A DNA stretch of 64,000 bases from an uncultured Dehalococcoidia bacterium (GTDB lineage Bacteria > Chloroflexota > Dehalococcoidia > Lucifugimonadales > GCA-2712585). Of this stretch, positions 8,792-18,544 are shown one piece after another. Positions within the stretch are counted from its first letter, which is position 1. Each line of letters begins with the position of its first letter. The notes under the pieces were generated by a model that saw only the letters and a program-made list of their open reading frames with translations, was not told the DNA's origin and did not search any database. The translations under genes and the position numbers were made by a program. Where the stretch lies: NCBI GenBank assembly GCA_964439905.1, contig CAYTPK010000007.1, forward strand, positions 68,539-132,538. The letters are read 5' to 3'.

Positions 8792-10000
8792 ATGGCATGG
8801 AATGGGTTAACCGTAATTGATATGGATTCACATATACAGGAACGCCCCGATCAGATGTATGAGGGAAATATAGACAAGAGATATTACGACGACTTTCAGA
8901 GATTGAAAACAGCGTTGGTGCAAAGTATAGAAAAAGGGAATAAAGGCGCCGTTGCTGCAAGTCGCCACGCTATACTTGCTCCGGTTATTTCCGATAACGC
9001 ATTAGGAGTCATGGATAGTTTTGGGCTTACTGATCGGGAATTTATATTGGAACATAAATCACAGGGCCGGAAAAATTTTGGTAGACCCGATAGGGGAGAC
9101 CTGCCAGCTATTCGTTCAGAAGCAAGCTGGGATATTAAAATCAGACTCGAGGACATGGATGCCTCGTTAATTGATGTTGATGTCCTTTATCCCACACATG
9201 TATCCAGTTATTGCGCTTTAACCGATGTAGGATTCGAAAATGCTTTGTATCGGGCCTATCACAGGTGGGTTAGTGATTTTTGTTCTCAGGCTGGAGATAG
9301 ATTGAAATGGACCTTGGTAGCCAATATGAGAGATTCACGATCGGCGGTTGACGAGATTAGGTATTGGAAAGACGATCCATCTCTAGTGGGAGTTTATATG
9401 TCTCCTCAAGGGCCTAACAACATGCTACTCGACGATGTTGGGTTGCATCCAATTTATGAGGAAGCTCAAGAACACGATTTGGCTATTTTGGTACATGGAG
9501 GTACCGCCAGGCCTCCATATAGTCCTGGGACTTTTGACCTAAGAGGAGCGTGGTTTTTGCAGCACGGACTAGGCAATCCCTGGGCGGGCATGGCTGCTCT
9601 CGGAGCTATCATTGGTGGTGGCATACTAGAAAAATTCAAAACTTTGAAGATAGGTTCACTTGAGACATCGTCAGGTTGGTTGCCATCTATAATCGAGCGA
9701 TTTGATGCCCATTATCAACTATCCCCAGGCCATGTGCCCAATTTAAAGCGGACTCCTAGCGAAGTAATTCAGGAAGGAAGATACTTCCACGGAATAGATA
9801 CATGGGAGAAAACTCTGGAGTCAACGGTAGCTACATTAGGGGAAGATTTGCTTCTCTTTGCTACAGATTGGCCGCATGGAGACACGGCTTGGCCCACCGC
9901 CGTGGAACAAGTTTGTGAATGGCCGAACCTGACAGAGACGGTCAAGGGTAAGATACTTGGTGGAAACGCCTTGCGCCTTTGCCCTAGGATTCTGGGGTAA
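8792..10000 (+). CDS. Amidohydrolase-2 family metal-dependent hydrolase (ACMSD-like TIM barrel)
   Basis: VIDMDSHIQE near the N-terminus, HGG in the middle, and FATDWPHGD near the C-terminus. GGAGGG Shine-Dalgarno lies 6 nt upstream of the ATG. Confidence 0.8.
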   Translation: MAWNGLTVIDMDSHIQERPDQMYEGNIDKRYYDDFQRLKTALVQSIEKGNKGAVAASRHAILAPVISDNALGVMDSFGLTDREFILEHKSQGRKNFGRPDRGDLPAIRSEASWDIKIRLEDMDASLIDVDVLYPTHVSSYCALTDVGFENALYRAYHRWVSDFCSQAGDRLKWTLVANMRDSRSAVDEIRYWKDDPSLVGVYMSPQGPNNMLLDDVGLHPIYEEAQEHDLAILVHGGTARPPYSPGTFDLRGAWFLQHGLGNPWAGMAALGAIIGGGILEKFKTLKIGSLETSSGWLPSIIERFDAHYQLSPGHVPNLKRTPSEVIQEGRYFHGIDTWEKTLESTVATLGEDLLLFATDWPHGDTAWPTAVEQVCEWPNLTETVKGKILGGNALRLCPRILG

Positions 10001-10580
10001 TATTAAGGTTATTGATGAATTCCTCTGAATCTACAACGGTTGCAATACGGGGCAGTACGTGAGTGAGAGCCGCATCATTTGCAAGTTCGTCTCTGTCTGC
10101 GCACCCGTCCTTAAGGATGATTATGCTATAGTCCATGTCTATCGCGTGTCTAGCTGTTGATTCTACGACACCAACCGAACTCACGCCGCATAAAACCAGC
10201 GTTTGTATTGATAGACCGCTCAAAATCTGCTCCAGATCACTTCCGGTAAACGCGCTCATACGTTTCTTGGTAACAATTAGGTCTCCTGGTAGAGGAGAAA
10301 GCTCTATACAAATTGCTGCTTCTTGAGAGTCGAGAATCATCCTTTTGGATTCCTTTACTGATGTAAACCACCCTTTTGGTCCAATTTCGGGATGCCCTTC
10401 TCGAAATCCAATTACAACGTAGATTATTGGTATACCTGCATTACGGGCTGCTGTTTTTGTTTGTTGCAAACTAGTCATCAGAGCGCTCCTCTGGTCTGGG
10501 TTTAAGGCCCCGACAATACCCTCTTGGCAGTCCATTAGAAGAAGAGCTGTTGATGTGGCATCTAAATTAAGTTCTGACAT
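9984..10580 (-). CDS. Isochorismatase-family cysteine hydrolase
   Basis: Motifs ALLLMDCQEG, KKRMSAFTGSDLEQIL and LVLCGVSSVGVVESTARHA (catalytic Cys context). Confidence 0.8.
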   Translation of the reverse strand: MSELNLDATSTALLLMDCQEGIVGALNPDQRSALMTSLQQTKTAARNAGIPIIYVVIGFREGHPEIGPKGWFTSVKESKRMILDSQEAAICIELSPLPGDLIVTKKRMSAFTGSDLEQILSGLSIQTLVLCGVSSVGVVESTARHAIDMDYSIIILKDGCADRDELANDAALTHVLPRIATVVDSEEFINNLNITPES

Positions 10581-10698
10581 CCGTTTTCACCTTGATTCAA
10601 TCCATGGCTTTTAATTTGTGGCTAATGGCAGTATGCTCTTGCCCGATAAACACTGTCAATAAAAAACTACTTTGGAATTCAAGTCAAAAAGAGGAAAC

Positions 10699-11481
10699 AT
10701 GAATATCGTCGACACGCATTGTCATGCTGGAACGAGCTGGTTTGAACCTATCGATGTACTTGTTTATCAAATGGACAAGAACAGGGTTGACCATGGCGTT
10801 CTAATTCAACATAGAGGCATGTACGATTCCACATATTTGTTAGCCTGTATGAAGCGATACCCGGGCCGATTCAAAGTTGTTGCCATTGTGGACGGATCTA
10901 AAAGTGACGCGTTACAAAAGCTCGAACAGGCGGCTTTTGAAGGTATATCCGGTATACGATTGAATCCCATGGAAAGATCTAGAGATCATGACCCACTCTC
11001 TCTGTGGAAACGGGCAGCTAGTCTAGGAATGGTAGTGAGTGTTTTAGGCACGGTTGAAGAGTTTGCATCCAAAGAGTTCTTTAGACTAGTTTCTTCCGTT
11101 CCTGATCTCACTATAGTTATTGAACACTTAGCAGGTGTAAGAGCTAATAATAAAGAGTCCTTGAAGGTTTTTCGGCAAGCCCTGAATCTTGCGAATTATC
11201 CAAACGTAAAAATCAAGGTAGGAGGGCTTGGAGAAATCTGTGAAAGGCCAGGTCGTCTATTGAATCATTTCCACATGGACGATAATTCAGGGGTAATAGA
11301 GATGGCATTAGAGGTCTTTGGTGTAGAACGCATGATGTGGGGCAGCGACTATCCACCTGTAAGCAATCGTGAAGGTTATGGCAATGCATTAGATGGAATT
11401 AAGACCCATCCAGCTTTCAAAACAGACGAGGAACGAGAATGGATTATGGGTAGGACGGCTATTGAAACATTTAATTTCTAA
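10699..11481 (+). CDS. Amidohydrolase-2 family hydrolase
   Basis: MNIVDTHCHAG... and WGSDYPP motifs. ATG 10699 is preceded by AGAGGA. The tracked ORF begins at TTG 10672. Confidence 0.8.
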   Translation: MNIVDTHCHAGTSWFEPIDVLVYQMDKNRVDHGVLIQHRGMYDSTYLLACMKRYPGRFKVVAIVDGSKSDALQKLEQAAFEGISGIRLNPMERSRDHDPLSLWKRAASLGMVVSVLGTVEEFASKEFFRLVSSVPDLTIVIEHLAGVRANNKESLKVFRQALNLANYPNVKIKVGGLGEICERPGRLLNHFHMDDNSGVIEMALEVFGVERMMWGSDYPPVSNREGYGNALDGIKTHPAFKTDEEREWIMGRTAIETFNF

Positions 11482-11539
11482 CTTTTTCCGAACTTAATAT
11501 TTAGGTGTTTTGTAGGTCCGATGAGTTTACACTGTTGTT

Positions 11540-12889
11540 ATGAAAAATCCTAAACCTTATAACCATTACCTTGAAAGGCTACTCACACTAGTAGACCTGG
11601 AAAAATTCTCTGGTACTAGAGGACCTAGAGTTAAGTTTAGTTTATCTAGAGTTTACGCACTACTTAAATCTTTAGGTGATCCGCATAAAACGAGTCCGGT
11701 CATACATGTGGCTGGATCTAAAGGAAAGGGAAGCGTTACAGCTATGGTTAGTTCCATATTATCTGAAAATGGATACAAAGTAGGTATGTTTAGCTCTCCT
11801 CATATACACACCTTCAGGGAAAGAATAAGAGTTAACGGAAAACCGATAACCGAAGGTGAATTCGTTCATTTAGTCGAGAGAGTTTGGCCAATTGTTGAGA
11901 ATATTAGTAGCAAAGCAAACTTGGGAGCGGTTACTCTGTTTGAAACTTTGACAGCTATGGCTTTCGTTCATTTCAGAAACGTTGAAACGGACTTTCAGGT
12001 TATAGAAGTGGGATTGGGTGGGAAATTAGATTCCACAAATGTCGTAGAACCAGCGGTCAGCGTAATCACGTCCATAAGTTTTGATCATATGCATATTCTT
12101 GGTGACACACTTTCGAAAATAGCTACAGAAAAAGCAGGAATAATCAAACCAGGAGTTCCTGTCATCGTTGCACCGCAGTTTACAGAACCCATGAATGTTA
12201 TACGAGATATCGCGAGAATTAAATCTGCTCCGATGGTAGAGGTGGAATCTGAGTTTGAATGGCTTCTGGAGACCACAGACCTAGAAAAACAATCCGTTAA
12301 GATTCAGGCTAAAGATAAAACGTACATCTTGAACCTACCGTTGTTGGGGATTTATCAAATTATAAACGCGGCGACTGCCATTGGGGTAGTAGAACGATTG
12401 CGAATCCTTGGTCATGGTATATCTGATGAGGCAATATCACTAGGATTTGGAAGGGTGACTTGGCCGTGTCGGATGGAAGTTTTACGTGATAGGCCTAAAT
12501 TAGTGGTCGATGGGGCACATAATCCGCAATCTGTTAGAAGTGTGATAGACAGCTTACCAACCTACTTTGATTATAGTAAGTTGGTCGTAATTTTCGGTGC
12601 CTCTAAGGACAAGAATCTAAAAGAAATGGTCAAAGAGATATCTGCTATACGCCCTAGAGTTGTGGTAGTGAGTTCAAGACATCCTAGGGCTGCTGACACT
12701 GATATTTTGGCGAAGAACTTTCAGGATTATCAGATACCTGTGGAAATTAGCAAATCTATCCCTCAGGCGATTGAATGTGCTGTAGGAATAGCAGGCCATC
12801 GAGGGTTGGTTCTTACCCTAGGTTCTCTTTTTGTAGCTGCCGAGGTTAGGGAAAATGTTTTAGATATAGTTCCGGAATTATATTTCTAG
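11540..12889 (+). CDS. folC: Folylpolyglutamate synthase / dihydrofolate synthase
   Basis: Mur-ligase P-loop HVAGSKGKGSV, EVGLGG and DGAHNP motifs. Confidence 0.9.
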   Translation: MKNPKPYNHYLERLLTLVDLEKFSGTRGPRVKFSLSRVYALLKSLGDPHKTSPVIHVAGSKGKGSVTAMVSSILSENGYKVGMFSSPHIHTFRERIRVNGKPITEGEFVHLVERVWPIVENISSKANLGAVTLFETLTAMAFVHFRNVETDFQVIEVGLGGKLDSTNVVEPAVSVITSISFDHMHILGDTLSKIATEKAGIIKPGVPVIVAPQFTEPMNVIRDIARIKSAPMVEVESEFEWLLETTDLEKQSVKIQAKDKTYILNLPLLGIYQIINAATAIGVVERLRILGHGISDEAISLGFGRVTWPCRMEVLRDRPKLVVDGAHNPQSVRSVIDSLPTYFDYSKLVVIFGASKDKNLKEMVKEISAIRPRVVVVSSRHPRAADTDILAKNFQDYQIPVEISKSIPQAIECAVGIAGHRGLVLTLGSLFVAAEVRENVLDIVPELYF

Positions 12890-12928
12890 GTTAGAAGTTT
12901 TATACAGTGTGAACATAGTAAGGTGAAA

Positions 12929-14170
12929 ATGGAAAGCAATAAAATTGTGGTAACTGGGATGGGAGCATTTACCCCATTGGGAAATACTCCGAAAGATTTT
13001 TGGAATAGACTTGTAGCTGGTAAGTCTGGAATTGGCCCAATGACTCTCTGTGATCCATCCGATTACCCATGTCAGATTGCTGGTGAGGTTAGCCAATTCG
13101 ATCCTGGTCAATATTTGCCCGTGAAAGAAACTAAACGAATGGCCAGATTTTCACAGTTGGCCGTAGCTGCTGCAATTCAAGCTGTCGAAAAATCAGGATT
13201 GACCCTTAGCTCCAGAGGATCAAATAGAATGGGGGTTATATTAGGTAACGGTAACGGCGGATTTCCTACTACTGAAGCTGGAGTAAGGACGATGATTGAA
13301 AAGGGAGGCATGAAGGTCTCACCGTTTTTTATGCCGATGATATTGCCGAACATGGCTGCATCCAATATTAGTCGCATTCTCGGTATCAGGGGATATAATT
13401 CCACGGTCGTAACCGCCTGCTCTGCATCAAACCAAGCAGTGGGAGAGGCTTTGGAGGTATTAAGAAGAGGGGTTGCTGACGTGATGATAACTGGGGGTAC
13501 AGAGGCAGGCATCAGCCATTTGGGGCTATCTGGGTTTTGTTCTATGAGAGCTCTAAGTACTAACAATGATAACCCACAGGAAGCTAGTAGACCATTTGAT
13601 GCCAAAAGGGATGGCTTCGTTCCGGCAGAGGGAGCGGCAATACTTGTCCTGGAAACTGAGAAGCATGCTATTAAAAGGGGGGCAAACATCCTGTGTGAAC
13701 TAGCAGGGTTCGGATCTACATCGGATGCATTCCATCCTGTTCAGCCTGAGGATAGCGGAGATGGGGCGATGCGTGCTATGGAACAGGCGTTGGTGGATGC
13801 TCGGATAACAACTGCCGATGTGGATTATATTAACGCTCATGGCACATCGACTCCAATTAATGATGTGGTAGAAACTACTGCAATAAAGCGTTTATTTGAA
13901 AACCGGGCCTATGATATACCTGTTAGCTCAACTAAATCCATGATTGGCCATTCGCTCGGAGCATCTGGAGCCTTGGAGGCTATACCATGCATTTATTCGA
14001 TTGTGGAAAATGTTGTCCATCCCACCATTAATTACCAATTTGTAGACCCCAGATGTGATTTGGATTATGTGCCAAATCAAGCGAGAAAAATGAATGTGGA
14101 TGTTGTATTATCCAATAGCTTTGGATTTGGTGGTCAGAATGCCTGTATTGTGTTTAGGCGTTATCGGTGA
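12929..14170 (+). CDS. fabF: 3-oxoacyl-ACP synthase II
   Basis: Active-site context VVTACSAS, HGTSTP and NSFGFGGQN, giving the Cys-His-His triad pattern. Start is either ATG 12929 or GTG 12923. Confidence 0.93.
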   Translation: MESNKIVVTGMGAFTPLGNTPKDFWNRLVAGKSGIGPMTLCDPSDYPCQIAGEVSQFDPGQYLPVKETKRMARFSQLAVAAAIQAVEKSGLTLSSRGSNRMGVILGNGNGGFPTTEAGVRTMIEKGGMKVSPFFMPMILPNMAASNISRILGIRGYNSTVVTACSASNQAVGEALEVLRRGVADVMITGGTEAGISHLGLSGFCSMRALSTNNDNPQEASRPFDAKRDGFVPAEGAAILVLETEKHAIKRGANILCELAGFGSTSDAFHPVQPEDSGDGAMRAMEQALVDARITTADVDYINAHGTSTPINDVVETTAIKRLFENRAYDIPVSSTKSMIGHSLGASGALEAIPCIYSIVENVVHPTINYQFVDPRCDLDYVPNQARKMNVDVVLSNSFGFGGQNACIVFRRYR

Positions 14171-14408
14171 CGAAACCTGACAGAGGTATTATATCGGATA
14201 GGACCCTTTGCAAAGCCATGGTATGGCTGCAGAGGCCCTGGAGAGAGAAATAGTAACAATCGCATTTCCAAGTATCAGCGTCTAGTGAAACCTGATGGGA
14301 GCTATGATCTCCTCTGATGGTTGCTGAGAAAGACTCCATGCAAATTCTGTCCTTTTCTTCTGCGTAGCGACGGGCCTTTTCTATTTTGTTTATGACACTT
14401 GATTGCAT
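14154..14408 (-). CDS. Small SWIM zinc-finger protein
   Basis: 84 aa containing WKCDCYYFSLQGLCSHTMAL, which fits the CxCx(n)CxH SWIM signature. Confidence 0.6.
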   Translation of the reverse strand: MQSSVINKIEKARRYAEEKDRICMESFSATIRGDHSSHQVSLDADTWKCDCYYFSLQGLCSHTMALQRVLSDIIPLSGFVTDNA

Positions 14409-14555
14409 TAACTCTCCTCGGGTTTGGAAGATTTATTGTTCGAATAGTAACCTTGAAACATAATTTGGTCAAACCGAAAATAGTACAAATGGTTCTCCTT
14501 ACGACTTGTCCAAAATAGCACTCGGAACTACACTAGCAAGTGCTGAGACAAGATT

Positions 14556-17267
14556 ATGGAAACAGCTAAGGCAATTAGGGAAGGATTTTTAAGATTTTTT
14601 GAAAACCGAGGGCATACTCGGCTTCCTTCTTCATCGCTTATACCTTCTGGAGATCCCACCCTGCTTTTTACTAGCGCAGGTATGGTTCCATTCAAGCCAT
14701 TTTTTCTTGGTGAGCAAAACCCTCCATCAAAAAGAATTGTTTCTTGTCAAAAATGTTTTCGTACGACTGACATTGATGAAGTCGGGGATAGTAACCACGC
14801 AACGTTTTTCGAAATGTTGGGTAATTTCAGTTTTGGCGATTACTTTAAGGATGAATCCATAACCTGGGCTTGGGAGTTTACCACTTCTAAAAAGGAAGGA
14901 CTAGGATTATCACGAGATCGGCTTCATATAACAATTTATCTAGATGATGAGCAAGCTTATGAGCTTTGGAACTCTAAAATAGGAGTAACTGCAGACAGGA
15001 TACATAGATATGGATCTACGGAGAATTGGTGGGGCCCAGCCGGTCTCGAAGGACCATCGGGTCCGTGTAGCGAGATTCACTATGATTTTGGAATCGAAAG
15101 TGGGTGCGGCCAGCCGATCAGAACAGCTGATGGAAAGGAAGGGTGTCATCCAAACCATGAGTGTTCACGTTTTGTAGAATTGTGGAACCTTGTATTTATG
15201 CAATATTACCAAAAACAGAATGGCGACATTTCTGAATTGCCTATGCCCAGCGTAGATACTGGTATGGGACTTGAAAGGGCCGCAGCAATAGCCCATGGTA
15301 CAGATAGTGTTTACGAAACGGATTTATTTAGTCCAATCATGTCAAAAATCGCTGATGTTTCTGGAAAGGCATATGGTTTAACCGATGAGTCAAATTATTC
15401 GTTGCGCGTAATTAGTGAACACAGCAGGTCTGCATCATTTTTGATAGCCGATGGAGTTCTTCCTGGTAACGAAGGAAGAGGTTATGTTCTTAGGCGTATT
15501 ATTCGTAGAGCTGTAAGATATGGTAGACGTTTGGGACTGACCGGACCCTTTTTATCAGAAATTGCTGATGTGGCGATTGTAAATTACAGTAAGAGTTATC
15601 CTGATTTGTCGTCTAATCACGAGTTTATTCTTGGTGTGATTGGCCAAGAGGAAGCCAGGTTTATAGAGAGTTTGAAAATAGGAATACCGAGAATCGAAGA
15701 ACTGATTGGTGAGATTCAATCTATTGAAAATGAAAGTAAGTTGGATGCTCTTGGGAGCGGAGCTGCGGAATTATATGACACATTTGGTATCCCACCGGAA
15801 GTGGTGGTCGACATGGCTCAAGTCAATGGGATAGACATGTCGGATGCCGCTGCATTCGATTTGGCATTTCAGCTTGGAATGGAACACCGCCGCGACAAAG
15901 CAAGAGAGGCTCATGTCACTGCTAGCGGTATGGTGATTGACACACTATACGAAAGTTTAGGTGTCCAAAGTGTGGAATTTATTGGTTATGATGATCTAAA
16001 GGCCACAACCGAAATATTAGGTCTCATTTCTGACGGAATGTCGGTGAAAAATGTAAAGAGTAAACAACGTGTAGAAATAATTTTGGGAGCTACCCCATTC
16101 TATCCTGAAGGAGGGGGACAGGTTGGCGATAGAGGTCAGATAAAAGGTCTCAATGGAATATTCGAAGTGGAAGATACACAAAGTCCTACTGCTGGTTTGA
16201 TTGTACATAAAGGGCTTATTTCCCAAGGGAATTTGTCTCTTGGTGAACAAGTTGAGGCAGTGGTAGACGGGATAACTCGCTCTGATACAGCAAGGAATCA
16301 TAGTGGAACTCATTTACTTCATTCTGCATTGAGAAACGTCGTGGGATCCCATGTTAGACAGGCAGGTTCCCTGGTTATACCCGATAGGCTGAGATTCGAC
16401 TTCACCCATTTGGGATCACTTTCAGTCGAGGAATTGAGGAATACACAGCTCCTGGCAAATCAGAAGGTTCGGGAAAATTTGTCAATAACCTCGAGGCGGT
16501 CGACTTATGTGAAAGCCGTAAAGAGTGGTGCTCTCGCATTTTTTGGGGATAAGTACGGGGCCGAAGTTAGGGTTGTTACCGTGGGAAAACGGACGGTCTC
16601 GGATAATCCATTTAGTGTTGAACTTTGTGGCGGCACGCATGTTGCTGCAACTGGTGAGATTGGTCCACTCTTTATACTAGGAGAATCTGGCATCGGTGGC
16701 GGAACTAGAAGAATAGAGGCTGTATCCGGGCGTAAAGCAGAAGAACTTTTTGAAAAGCGATCGAACTTGTTATCGAATATCGCTACCCGATTAGAGACTC
16801 CTATATCAGATTTGGAAGGCAGGTTAGAATCATTTATTGATGAAATTATCGGTCTAAGGAAAAGGCTGAAAGAATTAGAGCATGTATCACTTATGGCGGA
16901 AGCTCAAAGCCTTTTGGATACAGTAACCATCATCGAGGATATTAACGTCGTTTCTGGGATTGTTGTGGCCCAAGATATTAGAGGTGTTCGAGAAATAGGA
17001 GATTGGTTGAAAGGAAGACTTGAGAGTGTTCTATTAGTCTTAGCTACGATCCAAGATGGGAATCCGGTTATATTATCTATGGTAACTCCTGATTTGGTAA
17101 AAAGGGGCCTTCATGCTGGCAGAATAGTGAAAAAGTTGTCGATAATGTTGGAAGGCGGTGGAGGAGGAGGGCCTGAAATGGCTCAGGCAGGAGGCAAAAG
17201 GCAGGACAAATTAAACGAAGCCTTGAAAACAGTAGGTGATATAGTTAGAAGAGAGGTGACTCGCTGA
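14556..17267 (+). CDS. alaS: Alanine--tRNA ligase
   Basis: 903 aa with N-terminal FFENRGH and FTSAGM motifs, the editing domain HSGTHLLH...CGGTHV, and a C-terminal DHHA1-like region. Confidence 0.97.
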   Translation: METAKAIREGFLRFFENRGHTRLPSSSLIPSGDPTLLFTSAGMVPFKPFFLGEQNPPSKRIVSCQKCFRTTDIDEVGDSNHATFFEMLGNFSFGDYFKDESITWAWEFTTSKKEGLGLSRDRLHITIYLDDEQAYELWNSKIGVTADRIHRYGSTENWWGPAGLEGPSGPCSEIHYDFGIESGCGQPIRTADGKEGCHPNHECSRFVELWNLVFMQYYQKQNGDISELPMPSVDTGMGLERAAAIAHGTDSVYETDLFSPIMSKIADVSGKAYGLTDESNYSLRVISEHSRSASFLIADGVLPGNEGRGYVLRRIIRRAVRYGRRLGLTGPFLSEIADVAIVNYSKSYPDLSSNHEFILGVIGQEEARFIESLKIGIPRIEELIGEIQSIENESKLDALGSGAAELYDTFGIPPEVVVDMAQVNGIDMSDAAAFDLAFQLGMEHRRDKAREAHVTASGMVIDTLYESLGVQSVEFIGYDDLKATTEILGLISDGMSVKNVKSKQRVEIILGATPFYPEGGGQVGDRGQIKGLNGIFEVEDTQSPTAGLIVHKGLISQGNLSLGEQVEAVVDGITRSDTARNHSGTHLLHSALRNVVGSHVRQAGSLVIPDRLRFDFTHLGSLSVEELRNTQLLANQKVRENLSITSRRSTYVKAVKSGALAFFGDKYGAEVRVVTVGKRTVSDNPFSVELCGGTHVAATGEIGPLFILGESGIGGGTRRIEAVSGRKAEELFEKRSNLLSNIATRLETPISDLEGRLESFIDEIIGLRKRLKELEHVSLMAEAQSLLDTVTIIEDINVVSGIVVAQDIRGVREIGDWLKGRLESVLLVLATIQDGNPVILSMVTPDLVKRGLHAGRIVKKLSIMLEGGGGGGPEMAQAGGKRQDKLNEALKTVGDIVRREVTR

Positions 17268-17272
17268 GGATA

Positions 17273-17674
17273 TTGGCTTTGGATGTTGGAGATAGACGCA
17301 TTGGGATGGCGCTAAGCGATCCTATGGAAGTGATTGCGACCCCATTGAATTATCTTGAGCGTAAAAGTGACGACTTGGCTGTGAAAACTATTGCTAGGAC
17401 TGTTTGTGATCTCAACGTTGAACTTTTGTTGGTTGGAATGCCATTCGATCAGAAAGGATACGTTAGTAATCAGGGAGAAAAAATTCAGTCGTTTCAAAGA
17501 CTGTTAAAAGAAAGCATAAAAATCCCGATTAGGTACTGGGATGAGGGGTTTTCAACTAAAGATGCTGAAGTTCTATTACATGCATCAGGCAAGTTTGGAC
17601 CTAAGAAAAAGGGGATTATCGATTCTGCCGCAGCTGCGGTTATTCTTCAGTCCTACATTAACCGGGTGAGATGA
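17273..17674 (+). CDS. ruvX: Putative pre-16S rRNA nuclease / Holliday-junction-resolvase-like protein YqgF
   Basis: LALDVGDRRIGMALSD at the N-terminus and DSAAAAVILQSY at the C-terminus. It sits in the conserved position after alaS. TTG start is uncertain. Confidence 0.85.
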   Translation: MALDVGDRRIGMALSDPMEVIATPLNYLERKSDDLAVKTIARTVCDLNVELLLVGMPFDQKGYVSNQGEKIQSFQRLLKESIKIPIRYWDEGFSTKDAEVLLHASGKFGPKKKGIIDSAAAAVILQSYINRVR

Positions 17675-17678
17675 TTAT

Positions 17679-18542
17679 ATGACAAAAAGGCTGGGAATAA
17701 TTGGCTATCCCTTAGGCCATAGTCTTTCTCCAGTAATTCATAGTTCAGCATTCACTCACTACGGATGGAATGATATAACCTATGAATCGTGGGAAATTGC
17801 CCCCGATCTGTTGGGCGAATTTATGTCCCAATGCCGTTTACTCGATGCTGATATTTTAGGGTTCAATGTTACTGTTCCGCATAAAGAACGAGTGATACCA
17901 TTTTTGGATACCTTATCCTCAGAAGCACGACTGTCGGGAGCCGTAAACACGGTAGTAAACATAAATGGAAAATTAACTGGTCATAATACAGATGGGCTTG
18001 GTTTCATGCGCAGTTGGGTGATGGCAGGATTTATACCTAAATCAAAAAAAGTAGTTAGATTGGGTGCCGGTGGAGCTGCGAGAGGTATAGCCTTCTCCTT
18101 GGCATTAGAAGGAGTATCTTCTATAACGATAGCCAATAGAAGTATGGGGCGAAGTACTAAATTGATGAGTGATTTGAATCAAGAATTTCCTGATTTGAGT
18201 GACGTATGCAGTTTAATAACTGATGAGGTGAGTGAGGTAGTACGTGGAGCTGATCTAATTGTGCAGGCCACGTCTATGGGTATGCTTAATCATCCTAACC
18301 AATTTGATAGTCCATTATCGTTTGGAAATAATTCTATCCCGGCTTTAGCTTACGAGCTAGTGTATAATCCACCCGAGACACCTTTTATGAAAGAAGCAGA
18401 AAAGGTATGTTTGGCTGTGATGAGTGGCTTACATATGCTTGTGTTTCAGGGAGCTATTGCGTTTGAGCTATGGTTTGGGAAAACTGCTCCTGTAGACGCA
18501 ATGATGATATCTGCAAAGAAATCCTTGGGGATAGGAGAATAG
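17679..18542 (+). CDS. aroE: Shikimate dehydrogenase
   Basis: IIGYPLGHSLSP, NVTVPHK, GAVNT, NTDG and the Rossmann GAGGAARG motif. Confidence 0.9.
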   Translation: MTKRLGIIGYPLGHSLSPVIHSSAFTHYGWNDITYESWEIAPDLLGEFMSQCRLLDADILGFNVTVPHKERVIPFLDTLSSEARLSGAVNTVVNINGKLTGHNTDGLGFMRSWVMAGFIPKSKKVVRLGAGGAARGIAFSLALEGVSSITIANRSMGRSTKLMSDLNQEFPDLSDVCSLITDEVSEVVRGADLIVQATSMGMLNHPNQFDSPLSFGNNSIPALAYELVYNPPETPFMKEAEKVCLAVMSGLHMLVFQGAIAFELWFGKTAPVDAMMISAKKSLGIGE

Positions 18543-18544
18543 TT

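Noticed and set aside
13177-13689. 170-aa antisense ORF inside fabF. Similar long antisense ORFs occur at 18646..19062 in aroC, 44060..44482 in carB and 47828..48250 in GT2/tilS.
   Set aside because: All are embedded opposite highly conserved genes and have biased Pro/Ser/Ala/Leu composition with no motifs. They are best explained as shadow ORFs.
18470-18544. Upstream ORF extensions that overlap preceding genes: aroC from 18470, carA from 42215, sucD from 34408, aroKB from 20627, D-aminoacylase from 1938 and cysS from 55539.
   Set aside because: Conserved N-termini and Shine-Dalgarno sequences support the downstream starts listed in the features. The extensions come from taking the longest ORF.
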